Positions 38,826 to 49,071 of a stretch of 64,000 bases of DNA are shown here, in pieces. The stretch lies in the IMG/VR virus record IMGVR_UViG_3300044695_006284, positions 34,134 through 98,133 of that record. One strand, written 5' to 3'. The notes beneath the pieces are model-generated. The model saw only the letters and a list, made by a program, of their open reading frames with translations. It was not told the origin of the DNA and searched no databases. The DNA is from a virus. Numbering within the stretch: the first letter of the stretch is position 1; the number at the start of each line of letters is the position of its first letter. The translations under genes were made by a program, and so were the position numbers.

Positions 38826-39245
38826 ATGTCAGAAACGTTTGCAGACGGGGAGCCAGTAGATCCACAGAAATTAAGAAAAATGCAGGTAGACATATCTAAT
38901 CTTTTGTCTACAGCAAATGATGCTTATAGCCTTAGTAAAGCTACAGCAAAAGATGTAAATGTTTTAAATATTACTCACATTAAAGCACTTAGAATTGATT
39001 TTGAAAATGGATTAAACCCAGGCTATAACGAAGAAAAAATTATTGTAGACTTTAATGGATACACAGATGTGTTTATTACAGCCTCACCAAGGGGTGGTGC
39101 TACACACAGACATGATATAACATGGTCAGTTTCTGGAGTTATAGGAAACTTTACTCTTCATGTTACTAACAACACTAAGCAAAAAATAACTGGTGTAAAG
39201 TTTGATATTATTGCTGCTGGCACAAAGCCAAGCAAAACATCATAA
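38826..39245 (+). CDS. Hypothetical protein, possibly virion-associated
   Basis: 139-aa ORF with beta-rich C-terminus ending FDIIAAG. Confidence 0.6.
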   Translation: MSETFADGEPVDPQKLRKMQVDISNLLSTANDAYSLSKATAKDVNVLNITHIKALRIDFENGLNPGYNEEKIIVDFNGYTDVFITASPRGGATHRHDITWSVSGVIGNFTLHVTNNTKQKITGVKFDIIAAGTKPSKTS

Positions 39246-39251
39246 CACCTA

Positions 39252-39290
39252 TTGACAATCTAAAGTAATATGTTACAATTAATGTAACAT
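39252..39290 (+). promoter_or_regulatory. Strong promoter with overlapping palindromic operator
   Basis: TTGACA-N16-TACAAT with extended TG; ATGTTACA-N5-TGTAACAT at 39270-39290 covers -10 and +1. Confidence 0.7.
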
Positions 39291-39291
39291 C

Positions 39292-39316
39292 AAAGTCACG
39301 TACCCGTGACTTTTTT
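39292..39316 (+). terminator. Rho-independent terminator or attenuator
   Basis: AAAGTCACG-TACC-CGTGAC followed by T6. Confidence 0.75.
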
Positions 39317-39333
39317 ACGTATTAAGGTAAATA

Positions 39334-40134
39334 ATGAGCAACGATTTAAAGTGGATGATTTCATCCGACCAGCAGTTCCCATATCAGGATGATAAGATGA
39401 TCGCACTTTGGTTTAAGGTTATGAAGTGGTTCAAGCCAGATGTCGTTGACTACCTTGGCGACACAGATGATCAAGCTTGTTATAGCAAGTATACTGAAGG
39501 CAAATCAGCAGAGTTTTTAAACTATCATAAAAATGATAGCAAAGATCTTATTGTTCCAATGATGAGACATGAAGCAAAAGGCGCAAGAGATTTTTATGCA
39601 AAGACAAGAGAGATGCTCCCAGATGCTCAGCTTTTTTCAGCACTAGGAAATCACGATATTAGAATCTTTAATTATGTAGATGCTAAGTTGCCAGAGTACA
39701 TTTCTGAAGTAACTCCAGAATCAATGTGGAGCTTAGACTCATTAGGCTATGAGTATATTTATTATAACGAACTGCCAAAGCGCCGTTTTGGAGACATCCA
39801 CGTTCACCATGGACTTTCAATTGCTTCAACTGGTTCAGTAAGAAAAGATATGGAAGATTTACAGATATCTCTTATGAGAGGACACTCGCACAGAATAGCG
39901 TCTCACCTAGTTACTTATGAATTAAGAAACGGTGGGCAAGGAGAAACTCTTCGTGGTTATGAGCTTGGTCACATGTGTGATGAAAAATCAGACGGAATGA
40001 AGTATATGCAGCACCACGATTGGCAAAAAGGCTTTGCCATTGCACATATTGTAAACGACTACCCACATATTCAAATGATCCATGTGGCACCAGATTACTC
40101 ATGTGTTGTTGATGGGAAGCTATTTACGTTATGA
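39334..40134 (+). CDS. Calcineurin-like metallophosphoesterase
   Basis: SDQQ, LGDTDD, GNHD, HHG, GHSH. Confidence 0.88.
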   Translation: MSNDLKWMISSDQQFPYQDDKMIALWFKVMKWFKPDVVDYLGDTDDQACYSKYTEGKSAEFLNYHKNDSKDLIVPMMRHEAKGARDFYAKTREMLPDAQLFSALGNHDIRIFNYVDAKLPEYISEVTPESMWSLDSLGYEYIYYNELPKRRFGDIHVHHGLSIASTGSVRKDMEDLQISLMRGHSHRIASHLVTYELRNGGQGETLRGYELGHMCDEKSDGMKYMQHHDWQKGFAIAHIVNDYPHIQMIHVAPDYSCVVDGKLFTL

Positions 40135-40319
40135 TGAAATGCAATAAATGCCAAGGAAGAGTTTTTGTAGATAGAGTATTTTCACAAAAATTACACGTAG
40201 AGCTTTTCTGCATGATGTGCGGTAAAAGATGGATGATTAATAAGGATACGAGTGCACTAGGTAAATGGATAGAAAAAAGAGAAAACAGCCAGCTAAAAGC
40301 ATTCGGTATTTCTTCTTAA
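40131..40319 (+). CDS. Small zinc-ribbon protein
   Basis: CNKC...CMMCG. Confidence 0.7.
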   Translation: MMKCNKCQGRVFVDRVFSQKLHVELFCMMCGKRWMINKDTSALGKWIEKRENSQLKAFGISS

Positions 40320-40747
40320 ATAATAAAATACATAAAGTATTAAGTCATTCAAGATCTAAAGACCAAATGGTTGCATGGTGCTATCCAGATAAAAAGAGAT
40401 TGCTATATTCTTATTCACAAGTTTTAAAAACTATGGAGAATGCATACTCAACTACGCAGGTAGCTCAGATGCTTGGCAAGCACAAGGTTACTATAGAAGA
40501 TTATATTTTGGACGGGAAAATAAGATACCCTCAAAAAGTATATCCTATAGGTAATCCAGATAGCACATGGTATAAGTTTATGTATAGCGAATCGGACATT
40601 ATGGACATTCATGAGTTTATATTAGAATCAGGATACTCTAATAATATGCCTTCAAAAAATGAGATGAAAGCTCTTCTCAAACACAACACTATATTGTATA
40701 CTAAGACCACTGAAGGAAAATTTGTACCAGTATGGAAAGCAGAATAA
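40265..40747 (+). CDS. HTH DNA-binding protein (MerR/excisionase-like)
   Basis: YSTTQVAQMLGKHKVTIEDYILDG...YSESDI. Confidence 0.7.
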   Translation: MDRKKRKQPAKSIRYFFLNNKIHKVLSHSRSKDQMVAWCYPDKKRLLYSYSQVLKTMENAYSTTQVAQMLGKHKVTIEDYILDGKIRYPQKVYPIGNPDSTWYKFMYSESDIMDIHEFILESGYSNNMPSKNEMKALLKHNTILYTKTTEGKFVPVWKAE

Positions 40748-40854
40748 TGTCAAGCAGAGTAGTGGTATGTGATATATGTAAAAAAGAAATAGAATTACGT
40801 TGGGGCATTTTTGCTCATGACAGTTTAAGCAGGCATAGAAAGGCTGAGCACTAA
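40747..40854 (+). CDS. 35-aa C2H2-type zinc-finger microprotein (not in ORF track)
   Basis: MSSRVVVCDICKKEIELRWGIFAHDSLSRHRKAEH; TAATG overlaps at both ends. Confidence 0.7.
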   Translation: MSSRVVVCDICKKEIELRWGIFAHDSLSRHRKAEH

Positions 40855-41063
40855 TGGAAAAAGGAACTCAAGTTAGAGTAGACTTATCTTTTACACGCAA
40901 TCTGGGTAATTTTGAAAGCATCAAGATTGGTATTGGCGTAGACGATTTTGTTAGAGAAGGCGAAACAGTTGATGCCGCAGCAGATAGAGTCTATAAGTTT
41001 GTTGAAGATAAGCTAATTCAAAAGACACAAGAAGTAGAAGAGGAATTGCGTGGCAGTAAATAA
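40854..41063 (+). CDS. Conserved hypothetical protein
   Basis: FTRNLGNFESIKIG motif; coupled to neighbours. Confidence 0.7.
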   Translation: MEKGTQVRVDLSFTRNLGNFESIKIGIGVDDFVREGETVDAAADRVYKFVEDKLIQKTQEVEEELRGSK

Positions 41064-41364
41064 AGAACCCTACATCCTACTTTCTTTGTATTCTAATCTA
41101 TATGAGGAGGCTTATAAAACAAAGCCAACTATCAATAGGTATAAGGAAAAGTGGGCAATGCAAGATGTAATAGACAGCATAGGGTTTGATCGATCTAAAG
41201 ATGTGTTAGAGTATTACTTTAAAACTGGAAAGAATAGGCACCCGCTTAATTTCTTTTACAACAACTTTGATCGAATAGAGGACATGATGATTCAGATTAA
41301 AGAAGATAAAATTAACAGAAGCCGTCTGTTGCAGGAGACTAAAAGAATGGTTGAGGATAACTAA
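41050..41364 (+). CDS. Hypothetical protein (possible helicase loader)
   Basis: Directly upstream of DnaB, TAATG overlap. Confidence 0.6.
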   Translation: MAVNKEPYILLSLYSNLYEEAYKTKPTINRYKEKWAMQDVIDSIGFDRSKDVLEYYFKTGKNRHPLNFFYNNFDRIEDMMIQIKEDKINRSRLLQETKRMVEDN

Positions 41365-42599
41365 TGAATACAGAAGCAGAACTCATTTCGGCAGTTTGTA
41401 AAAACAAAGATATCAGCACCATTCTTGCAGACAATTCGGACGACCTGTTTGTATCCCATAAGGATATCTGGGAAGGCCTTAAGTCATACTACTATAAGTT
41501 TAGAGCAGTACCAGAGGCTGGAATCCTACAAGATAAATTTAAAGACTTTGAGCCAGTTGAAACAAAAGGTGAGACGGGATATTATCTAGATAAACTAAAG
41601 AATGAATTTGTAGGCAATAAGTTAAAAACAATTCTTATGCAGGCTGGTTCATCTTTAAAAGAAGATGCTCCATCTAGAGTGCTTGGAACAATGCAATCGC
41701 AACTTGCAAACTTGAGCAGGTACACAAATAATGTTAAAGACTTAGACATAACAGATTTAGATTCAGCAGAAAGACACTACGAGTCAGTAAGAACTAGATC
41801 TTTAGCTATGGGCGGAAGTCCAGGTATCCTAACAGGTTTTGATGCAATTGATAAAGCATACCCAACTGGAATGGCTCCAGGACACCTCATTGTCGCAATT
41901 GGCTGGCCAGGACGTGGTAAGACTTGGTTTACATCATACCTTGCATGCAAAGCTTGGGAGCAAGGGTTTAAGCCTATGATTGTGTCCCTTGAAATGGCTC
42001 CAGAGAATATGCGAGATAGAATTTATACCATGCTCGGCTCTGGTTTATTTAGAGCAAGCGACCTATCCAAGGGTGACATTAATATTGACGATTTTAAAAC
42101 ATGGGGAAAGAAAAAGACTGAAGGCAAGAACAGTTTCATTCTTGTTTCAAATGAGGGGGCAGGGGAAGTAACTCCAGCAACTATTCAGGGCAAGATTGAT
42201 CAGCATAAACCAGACCTGGTTATTCTTGATTACCATCAATTGTTTAATGATAATAAGAGAAGCAATTCTGAAGTTGAAAGAAATAGAAATATTTCAAGAG
42301 ACTTTAAGTTGTTGGCTGTAACAAATGGAATTCCCATTATTGATATTACTGCTGCTACAGCAGATGATATTTCAGATCAAAAAGAACCACCAATGATGAG
42401 TCAGGTTGCATGGTCAAAAGCAATTGAGTATGATGCTGATATGGCTATTGCTATTCATAAGCATGCTAATACAGATTTAATTGAGGTTGTATCTAGAAAG
42501 AATAGGCATGGACACGACTTTAGATTCTTTCTCGACTGGGATATAAATAGGGGAGTTATTACTCCGATCTATGAAGACCTGCCAGAGCTGAGCAAGTGA
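41364..42599 (+). CDS. dnaB: Replicative DnaB-like helicase
   Basis: GWPGRGKT Walker A, SLEM, ILDY, IEYDAD, KNRHG. Confidence 0.93.
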   Translation: MNTEAELISAVCKNKDISTILADNSDDLFVSHKDIWEGLKSYYYKFRAVPEAGILQDKFKDFEPVETKGETGYYLDKLKNEFVGNKLKTILMQAGSSLKEDAPSRVLGTMQSQLANLSRYTNNVKDLDITDLDSAERHYESVRTRSLAMGGSPGILTGFDAIDKAYPTGMAPGHLIVAIGWPGRGKTWFTSYLACKAWEQGFKPMIVSLEMAPENMRDRIYTMLGSGLFRASDLSKGDINIDDFKTWGKKKTEGKNSFILVSNEGAGEVTPATIQGKIDQHKPDLVILDYHQLFNDNKRSNSEVERNRNISRDFKLLAVTNGIPIIDITAATADDISDQKEPPMMSQVAWSKAIEYDADMAIAIHKHANTDLIEVVSRKNRHGHDFRFFLDWDINRGVITPIYEDLPELSK

Positions 42600-42886
42600 C
42601 CCATCAAAACATTAAAAGGTTTCAAATAAGAGTTGAGTTCTTAGATGATTCTGACATGATTCGAATAAAAAAACAATACGAAGATCTGCTTGTTGGACAA
42701 ATGAAAGATTCTGGATATGCAAGGGTACTTGACATAGACCCAGCCTTTTCGGTAGAATTTGACGGACAAACATGGGAGTTCTTAATGACTCTCCATGGAG
42801 TTTATGTAGGAAAGAAGAAGGCATGGCAATTAGAGGGTATGACACAAGGAAAATTGATACATCGGAATACTCCTCTGCCCACATAA
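42596..42886 (+). CDS. Hypothetical protein
   Basis: GTGA overlap with the dnaB stop. Confidence 0.6.
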   Translation: MTHQNIKRFQIRVEFLDDSDMIRIKKQYEDLLVGQMKDSGYARVLDIDPAFSVEFDGQTWEFLMTLHGVYVGKKKAWQLEGMTQGKLIHRNTPLPT

Positions 42887-43812
42887 AGTCTATAGTCCAA
42901 AGCCTAGGAATAGATATGGTGGGGGAAACATCTAACGATTTCCTTGCATATTGTCCATTTCATTCAAACAGACATACATCAAGCTTTAGCATAAGCAAAA
43001 CGAAGGGTGCCTATATTTGCTTTAATCCATCCTGCGGAGAATCTGGAACACTTAGCGATCTAGTAAAAAAGATTTTAAACAAAAATGAATTTCAGTCTTT
43101 AAGATATATTGAATCCAAACAAGATGAAGCCCTGGGAAATTTTGATGAATCTCTTAAGGAAATTCTAGAAGACAAGCCAGACTTTGTTGAATTCCCAGAA
43201 GACACGTTAGTTAATTTGCATAATGGATTAATGAATAGCGATAAAGCAAAAGAATATCTAAAATCACGTGGTATTGATTTACAATCAATTTCACATTTTT
43301 CATTAGGTTATTCTGAAAACATGGATATGATAACTGTCCCAGTTCACAGTCCAGATGGCATGCCAGTGGGGGTTGTTGGTAGATCTATTTCTGATAAAAG
43401 ATTTAAGAATAGTAAAGACTTGCCAAGAAGCAAAACTATGTTTAATATCCACCGTGCCAAAAAAATTGGAGATAGAGTTATAGTTGTTGAGTCCAGCTTT
43501 GATGCAATTCGTGTTCATCAGGCTGGTTTTCCAAATGTTGTTGCCACGCTTGGTGGCCATATATCTGGGCAAAACCTTAACCTGTTAAATAGATACTTCA
43601 ACACAGTTATTATTATGACTGATGCAGATAAGGCGGGAAGAGATTTAGGCTCAACAATTGCATATAAGTTAAGTAATAAAAACATCTTGTGGGCATCGCA
43701 TTCTTATGGTAGAATATATCCAGAGGGTGTAAAGGATGCAGGTGACATGTCTGATGAAGACATTAAAGCCTGTATAACAAATGCCATATCTAATTTCGAA
43801 TATAAAAATTAA
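42823..43812 (+). CDS. dnaG: DNA primase (CHC2 zinc finger plus TOPRIM)
   Basis: CPFH...CFNPSC, VESSFDA, DADKAG, KDAGD; start set to ATG 42823. Confidence 0.9.
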   Translation: MAIRGYDTRKIDTSEYSSAHIKSIVQSLGIDMVGETSNDFLAYCPFHSNRHTSSFSISKTKGAYICFNPSCGESGTLSDLVKKILNKNEFQSLRYIESKQDEALGNFDESLKEILEDKPDFVEFPEDTLVNLHNGLMNSDKAKEYLKSRGIDLQSISHFSLGYSENMDMITVPVHSPDGMPVGVVGRSISDKRFKNSKDLPRSKTMFNIHRAKKIGDRVIVVESSFDAIRVHQAGFPNVVATLGGHISGQNLNLLNRYFNTVIIMTDADKAGRDLGSTIAYKLSNKNILWASHSYGRIYPEGVKDAGDMSDEDIKACITNAISNFEYKN

Positions 43813-43870
43813 ACAATAATATAAGTGATTACAAACGGATATATACCGTTACATACATAAGGAGAATAAA

Positions 43871-44545
43871 ATGGGAATAGTAAAAGGTTTGTCAGGAATG
43901 ACAAAGGCAATGGACAAGGTTACATATACCAGTTCAGAAGACAGCAAGGCAAAGTGGTTGAAGATTGAAGATGGAGAAGCAGTAAAGATTCGCTTCTTGC
44001 AAGAGCTTGATCCAGATTCACCACATTATAATGAAAAAATGGGTTGCGGATTTTTTGCAATTGAACACACAAACCCTAAAGATTATCGCCGTAAGGCATT
44101 AGACACAATGGAAGATGAAGGCCGTGACTGGGCTCAAGAACAGCACCGTAAGGATCCAAAGGCTGGCTGGGGCGCAAGAAAGCGTCTTTATATTAACGTA
44201 TTAGTTGATGATGGAAAGACTGAGCCATATGTTGCCATTCTTTCTCAGGGTGTAAGTGGAAAAACAATTACACCAACACTAATTGAATACGCAAATGAAA
44301 TGGGAAGCATCACAAATCTAATGTGGCGTGTAAAGCGTAGTGGTCTTAAGACAGACACAAGCTACACAATTATCCCATTGGCTAAAGATGAAAAGCCATT
44401 TGACTTTTCTGCTGTTGAGCTGTTTGATTTAGAAAAGACAGCAGTGCGTAGTGTTCCATACGCAGAGCAGGAAGCATTCTATACTGGTGAGTCAGCTCCA
44501 GAAGAGCGAGAGTCATCTTCAACAAGCAGCAGCGTAGACTGGTAA
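43871..44545 (+). CDS. gp32-like single-stranded DNA-binding protein
   Basis: WLKIEDGEAVKIRFL, VKRSGLKTDTSY, acidic/Ser tail ending in W; AAGGAG RBS. Confidence 0.75.
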   Translation: MGIVKGLSGMTKAMDKVTYTSSEDSKAKWLKIEDGEAVKIRFLQELDPDSPHYNEKMGCGFFAIEHTNPKDYRRKALDTMEDEGRDWAQEQHRKDPKAGWGARKRLYINVLVDDGKTEPYVAILSQGVSGKTITPTLIEYANEMGSITNLMWRVKRSGLKTDTSYTIIPLAKDEKPFDFSAVELFDLEKTAVRSVPYAEQEAFYTGESAPEERESSSTSSSVDW

Positions 44546-44570
44546 GAGAGAGTATAGGCGGAGAATTAAG

Positions 44571-47500
44571 TTGAACTTCACACATTTGCATGTGCATTCT
44601 TTCTATTCATTAATGGATGGGCTTAATTCTCCTGCCGAACTCGTAAAGGCCGCAAAAGAAGCTGGTCAGACTTCCTTGGCTATTACTGACCACGGAACAT
44701 TGTCTTCACACCGTGACATGCAAATTGCATGTAAGGATCAAGGCATAAAGCCAATTCTTGGAGTAGAAGCATACATTTCCCCAACAGATAGATTTGATAG
44801 ATCTTCTAAGACTGATAAATCAATTCAGGCATATAACCATATCATTCTACTTGCTAAAAACAAAAAGGGATTAGAAAATATTAATACTCTCCAAGAGCTT
44901 GCTTGGACAGAAGGGTTTTATCACAAGCCAAGAATTGACAGAGAGGTTTTAAAAGAATATGCGGAAGGCATTATTGTACTTAGTGGATGTCTTAATGGAC
45001 TTATTAGTAAATGCATCGAAAAGGGCGAACTATCAGAAGCCAAGCTTATACTTCAAGATTTTAAACAGATCTTTATGGAAGATTTCTACGTGGAAGTCCA
45101 ATCACATAACCCCTATGAAATCAACTCGACCCTATTAAAATTAGCGGATGAGTTAGGAATTAAGGCGGTGGCAACAGGAGATGCCCACTTTGCTAAAGAA
45201 GAAGATAGAGTCTTAGAAGAAGCAATGCTTATTCTATCAACCTCTCCTAAATCAGATAAAGATGCAGACTTTGATATGTCTAGACAAATGCCAGATATGA
45301 TGGATAGATTTAATTACCTGTATCCAGACCGTAGAATATCATTCCAAGACTATAATTTATTTATTCAAAGCAGGTCTGAAATTGAGGCGGACTTTAATAA
45401 AGCAGGCATTACTCGTGCAGATATATATGATAATACAATGGAGATTGCAGACAAGATTGAAGAGTATGACTTCTATGAGGGATTAGATCTGCTACCCATC
45501 CCAAAGACCAATGCTGACAAGAAACTAGCTGATATGGCCTTAGAAGGCCTTAGAAGGCTATCTCTGGACAAAGATCAGGTCTACTTGGATAGAATTGCAG
45601 AAGAGTTATCTATAATTAAAGATAAAGCATTTGCTTCATATTTCTTAGTTGTTGCAGATATGATTACATGGGCTAAGTCAAATAATATTATGGTTGGCCC
45701 TGGTCGTGGTTCTGCAGCAGGCTCACTAGTTTGCTACGCCCTTGGAATTACAGATGTAGATCCAATTAAATATGATTTGCTTTTCTTTAGATTTATTAAT
45801 CCAGAACGTAATGACTTTCCAGATATTGATACAGATTTCGAGGACCGTCGTCGTAAAGAGGTTAAAGATTATTTGAAGAAGAAGTTTAAGCACGTAGCAT
45901 CTATTTCTACATTTACTTACTTTAAAGATAAGGGTGTAATTAGAGATGCGGCAAGAGTATTTATGGTTCCTCTTTCTGATGTTAATCGTGCAATGAAGTC
46001 TATTGATACTTTTGAAGATTTTATGGATTCACCAAATACAAAAGAGTTTAGAGCAAAGTACCCAGAAGTAACTTGGCTTGCAGAACGTCTTCGTGGAAAG
46101 ATTCGAAGCGTTGGAGTGCATGCTGCTGGTGTAGTTGTGGCAAAAGATGATTTGAGAAAGTATGCACCAATAGAGTCCAGAGCAGATGCAAATGATGATG
46201 TGTCTGGAAGAATTCCAGTCGTGGCATACGATATGGATACGGTTGCAGATATAGGTCTTATTAAGCTAGATGCCCTAGGTCTTAAGACTTTATCTGTAAT
46301 CTCAGATACTTTAAAATCAGTTAAGGATAGGCACGGTAAAGAAATTAATCTTTACAGCATACCACTTGACGACCAAAAAGTTTACAAGATGTTTAACGAC
46401 GGATATACTAAAGGTGTTTTCCAAGCAGAAGCAACGCCTTACACAAATCTACTTATAAAGATGCAGGTAGATAAGTTTGAAGACTTGGCTGCATCAAATG
46501 CTCTTGTTAGACCAGGAGCAATGAATACCGTAGGTGCTTCATATATTAAAAGAAAGCACGGGGATGAGGCAGTTAACTATATTCATCCCATCATGAAACC
46601 TTTTACAGAAAATACATACGGAGTTATTATTTATCAGGAACAGGTTATGCAAGCATGCGTACACCTAGGTGGAATGACTTGGTCAGAGGCTGACAAGGTT
46701 AGAAAGGTTATTGGTAAAAAGCAGGATGCAAAGGAACTCGGTCCGTTTAAAGATAAGTTTATTCAAGGCGCTAAAAAGCATATCAGCGCCGATGAAGCAG
46801 AGAACCTCTGGAAAACATTCGAAGCTCACGCTGGATACTCATTCAATCGTAGTCACGCTGTTGCTTATTCTATGCTTTCTTATTATACCGCTTGGCTTAA
46901 GTGCTATTATCCTTTGGAATTTTTATTCTCGATCCTTAAAAATGAAGGAGACAAAGATGCCAGAACAGGATATCTAATTGAAGCCAAAAGGCTTGGAATC
47001 AAAGTTAAGCTTCCACATGTAAATGAATCAGATGTAAACTTTTCACTACAAAAAGATTCAATTAGATTTGGTTTAGCTGAAGTTAAATTTATTTCAGACA
47101 GTATTGCAAATAAAATTATTGAAAAGAGACCGTATGAAAACTACAAAGATTTTGTCGACAAGGCATCTAAGAAGGGTAGCGGTATTAACTCTAGGGCCGT
47201 TAACTCTCTTAATGCTATTGGGGGCGCTGCTTTTGATGATAATCCTAGAAGCGGCAAAGAAGGAGAGTCTTATTACGAATTTTTAGGGATACCTTCTTTT
47301 AACCTTTCTAACTTAGAGCCAAGGGTTAAAGCACAAGCAAGACCTATTGATGAATTTGAAGAGCTGGGATCATTCGTAATGTTTGGTATGGCCAAAAGCA
47401 TCAAGCGTGGTAATGGCTGGTCAAGAATTGAACTTGTCGATGAAAGTGGATCTGTAGGATTATTCGATATAGAGCAGACAAAAATAGAAACAAATAAAAT

Positions 47501-47840
47501 GTATTTTGTTCTTGTAGGCGATAATAGAATATCAAGGTACATAGATGTTGATTCTATAAATAAGGATTCTGACGATGCATTTGTTAAATATTTATATGCA
47601 AAGTCATACCCTATTGACGAAAATCAAAGGTTCGTGATAAGCTATACACCATATAAAACAAAAGCTGGCAAAACTATGGCGCACCTTGTTATGTCAGATA
47701 AAGATAAAAATTTAAATAGAGCTATTGTTTTTTCTAGCATGTATCCAATTTCATTGGCTAAAATGCGAGAAGGAATGATTTGCGAGCCAACTCTAAAAAC
47801 CTTAGAAGATGGAACACTTATGGTTAAGGATGTAAGATGA
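44571..47840 (+). CDS. dnaE: DNA polymerase III alpha subunit
   Basis: HLHVHSFYSLMDG, TDHG, GPGRGSAAGS, PDIDTD, HAAG, YQEQVM, YSFNRSH. Confidence 0.96.
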   Translation: MNFTHLHVHSFYSLMDGLNSPAELVKAAKEAGQTSLAITDHGTLSSHRDMQIACKDQGIKPILGVEAYISPTDRFDRSSKTDKSIQAYNHIILLAKNKKGLENINTLQELAWTEGFYHKPRIDREVLKEYAEGIIVLSGCLNGLISKCIEKGELSEAKLILQDFKQIFMEDFYVEVQSHNPYEINSTLLKLADELGIKAVATGDAHFAKEEDRVLEEAMLILSTSPKSDKDADFDMSRQMPDMMDRFNYLYPDRRISFQDYNLFIQSRSEIEADFNKAGITRADIYDNTMEIADKIEEYDFYEGLDLLPIPKTNADKKLADMALEGLRRLSLDKDQVYLDRIAEELSIIKDKAFASYFLVVADMITWAKSNNIMVGPGRGSAAGSLVCYALGITDVDPIKYDLLFFRFINPERNDFPDIDTDFEDRRRKEVKDYLKKKFKHVASISTFTYFKDKGVIRDAARVFMVPLSDVNRAMKSIDTFEDFMDSPNTKEFRAKYPEVTWLAERLRGKIRSVGVHAAGVVVAKDDLRKYAPIESRADANDDVSGRIPVVAYDMDTVADIGLIKLDALGLKTLSVISDTLKSVKDRHGKEINLYSIPLDDQKVYKMFNDGYTKGVFQAEATPYTNLLIKMQVDKFEDLAASNALVRPGAMNTVGASYIKRKHGDEAVNYIHPIMKPFTENTYGVIIYQEQVMQACVHLGGMTWSEADKVRKVIGKKQDAKELGPFKDKFIQGAKKHISADEAENLWKTFEAHAGYSFNRSHAVAYSMLSYYTAWLKCYYPLEFLFSILKNEGDKDARTGYLIEAKRLGIKVKLPHVNESDVNFSLQKDSIRFGLAEVKFISDSIANKIIEKRPYENYKDFVDKASKKGSGINSRAVNSLNAIGGAAFDDNPRSGKEGESYYEFLGIPSFNLSNLEPRVKAQARPIDEFEELGSFVMFGMAKSIKRGNGWSRIELVDESGSVGLFDIEQTKIETNKMYFVLVGDNRISRYIDVDSINKDSDDAFVKYLYAKSYPIDENQRFVISYTPYKTKAGKTMAHLVMSDKDKNLNRAIVFSSMYPISLAKMREGMICEPTLKTLEDGTLMVKDVR

Positions 47841-48061
47841 CAAGTAATACAGAAGATGTTTTTAAAACAATGAACGCTACAAGAGTTTTGGTTGCTATTC
47901 TAAACAAAATTGAATCTATTAGTATACCTACTGAAGATTTTATTAATTCTAACAATCAAGATGTACAGCTTTCTGTAACATATAATGACGAGACTATGTC
48001 GTTTGAATTTAGATTAGAGGATAAACCATCTGGATCTGAAGAAGAATTGCCGAATAGCTAA
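47837..48061 (+). CDS. Hypothetical protein
   Basis: ATGA overlap with dnaE. Confidence 0.65.
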   Translation: MTSNTEDVFKTMNATRVLVAILNKIESISIPTEDFINSNNQDVQLSVTYNDETMSFEFRLEDKPSGSEEELPNS

Positions 48062-48066
48062 TTGTT

Positions 48067-49071
48067 ATGGAAATGCAACTAGACGATATCTTAGCAAAGC
48101 TAGACCCTAAGACTAGAGCCAGGGTTCAATCTGCTGTAGATATCCATATTGAAAAGCAGCCCACACCTAGCATAGGCTTGAACTTCGCATTAAACGGAGG
48201 TTTTGCTTATGGAAGACAGATACTTGTTTGGGGAAATAAGTCTGCAGGAAAGTCTTCTTTCTGTTTGCAGATGATTGCTTTAGCTCAAAAAGAAGGTAAG
48301 ACGTGTGCGTGGATTGATGCTGAGCATTCTTACGATCCCGAGTGGGCAGAAAAGCTTGGCGTAAACTCAAAAGAATTAATATACTCTCCAGCTAAAACTG
48401 TTAATGATATGGTTGATGTTGCAACAAAGCTTATGGAAGCTGGCGTTGATCTAATAGTAGTTGATTCTATTTCAGCATTGCTACCAGCAATTTACTTTGA
48501 AAAAGACGGAAATGAAATGAAGGATTTGCAGGACACTAAGCAAATCGGCGCAGAAGCAAAGGATATGACCCACGCAGTCAAGATGTTAAACTATGCAAAC
48601 AAAAACACATTACTTGTTCTCATCTCGCAGCAACGAAATCAATTTGGATCTATGCATGCTAGTCACATCCCCACAGGTGGCATGGCAGTTAAGTTCTTCT
48701 CTTCAACCGTCATTAAGCTATGGTCTTCTGAAGCTGAGGCTAATGCTATTAAAGCAGGTATTAAAGTTGGTGACAAGATTATTGAACAAAGAGTTGGGCG
48801 ACCAGTTAATTGGATTGTTGATTACAACAAGGTCGGCCCCCCAAATTTATCAGGACAATATGACTTTTACTACCAAGGGCAAGCTCTTGGTATAGATTAT
48901 GTTGGAGAGACATTGGATGTTGCAGAAATGTGCGGGATTATTGAAAAGGGTGGTGCATGGTATACAGTAAATGGAGAACGTTTTCAAGGACGTGCAAAGG
49001 CTGTAGCATATTTAAAGGAAAATCCAGATGTTGTAGACAAATTAATAGGAGAAATAAATGCCAAATATTAA
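48067..49071 (+). CDS. recA: RecA-like recombinase
   Basis: GNKSAGKS, WIDAEH, IVVDSISAL, PTGGMAVKF, KGGAWY, FQG. Confidence 0.93.
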   Translation: MEMQLDDILAKLDPKTRARVQSAVDIHIEKQPTPSIGLNFALNGGFAYGRQILVWGNKSAGKSSFCLQMIALAQKEGKTCAWIDAEHSYDPEWAEKLGVNSKELIYSPAKTVNDMVDVATKLMEAGVDLIVVDSISALLPAIYFEKDGNEMKDLQDTKQIGAEAKDMTHAVKMLNYANKNTLLVLISQQRNQFGSMHASHIPTGGMAVKFFSSTVIKLWSSEAEANAIKAGIKVGDKIIEQRVGRPVNWIVDYNKVGPPNLSGQYDFYYQGQALGIDYVGETLDVAEMCGIIEKGGAWYTVNGERFQGRAKAVAYLKENPDVVDKLIGEINAKY

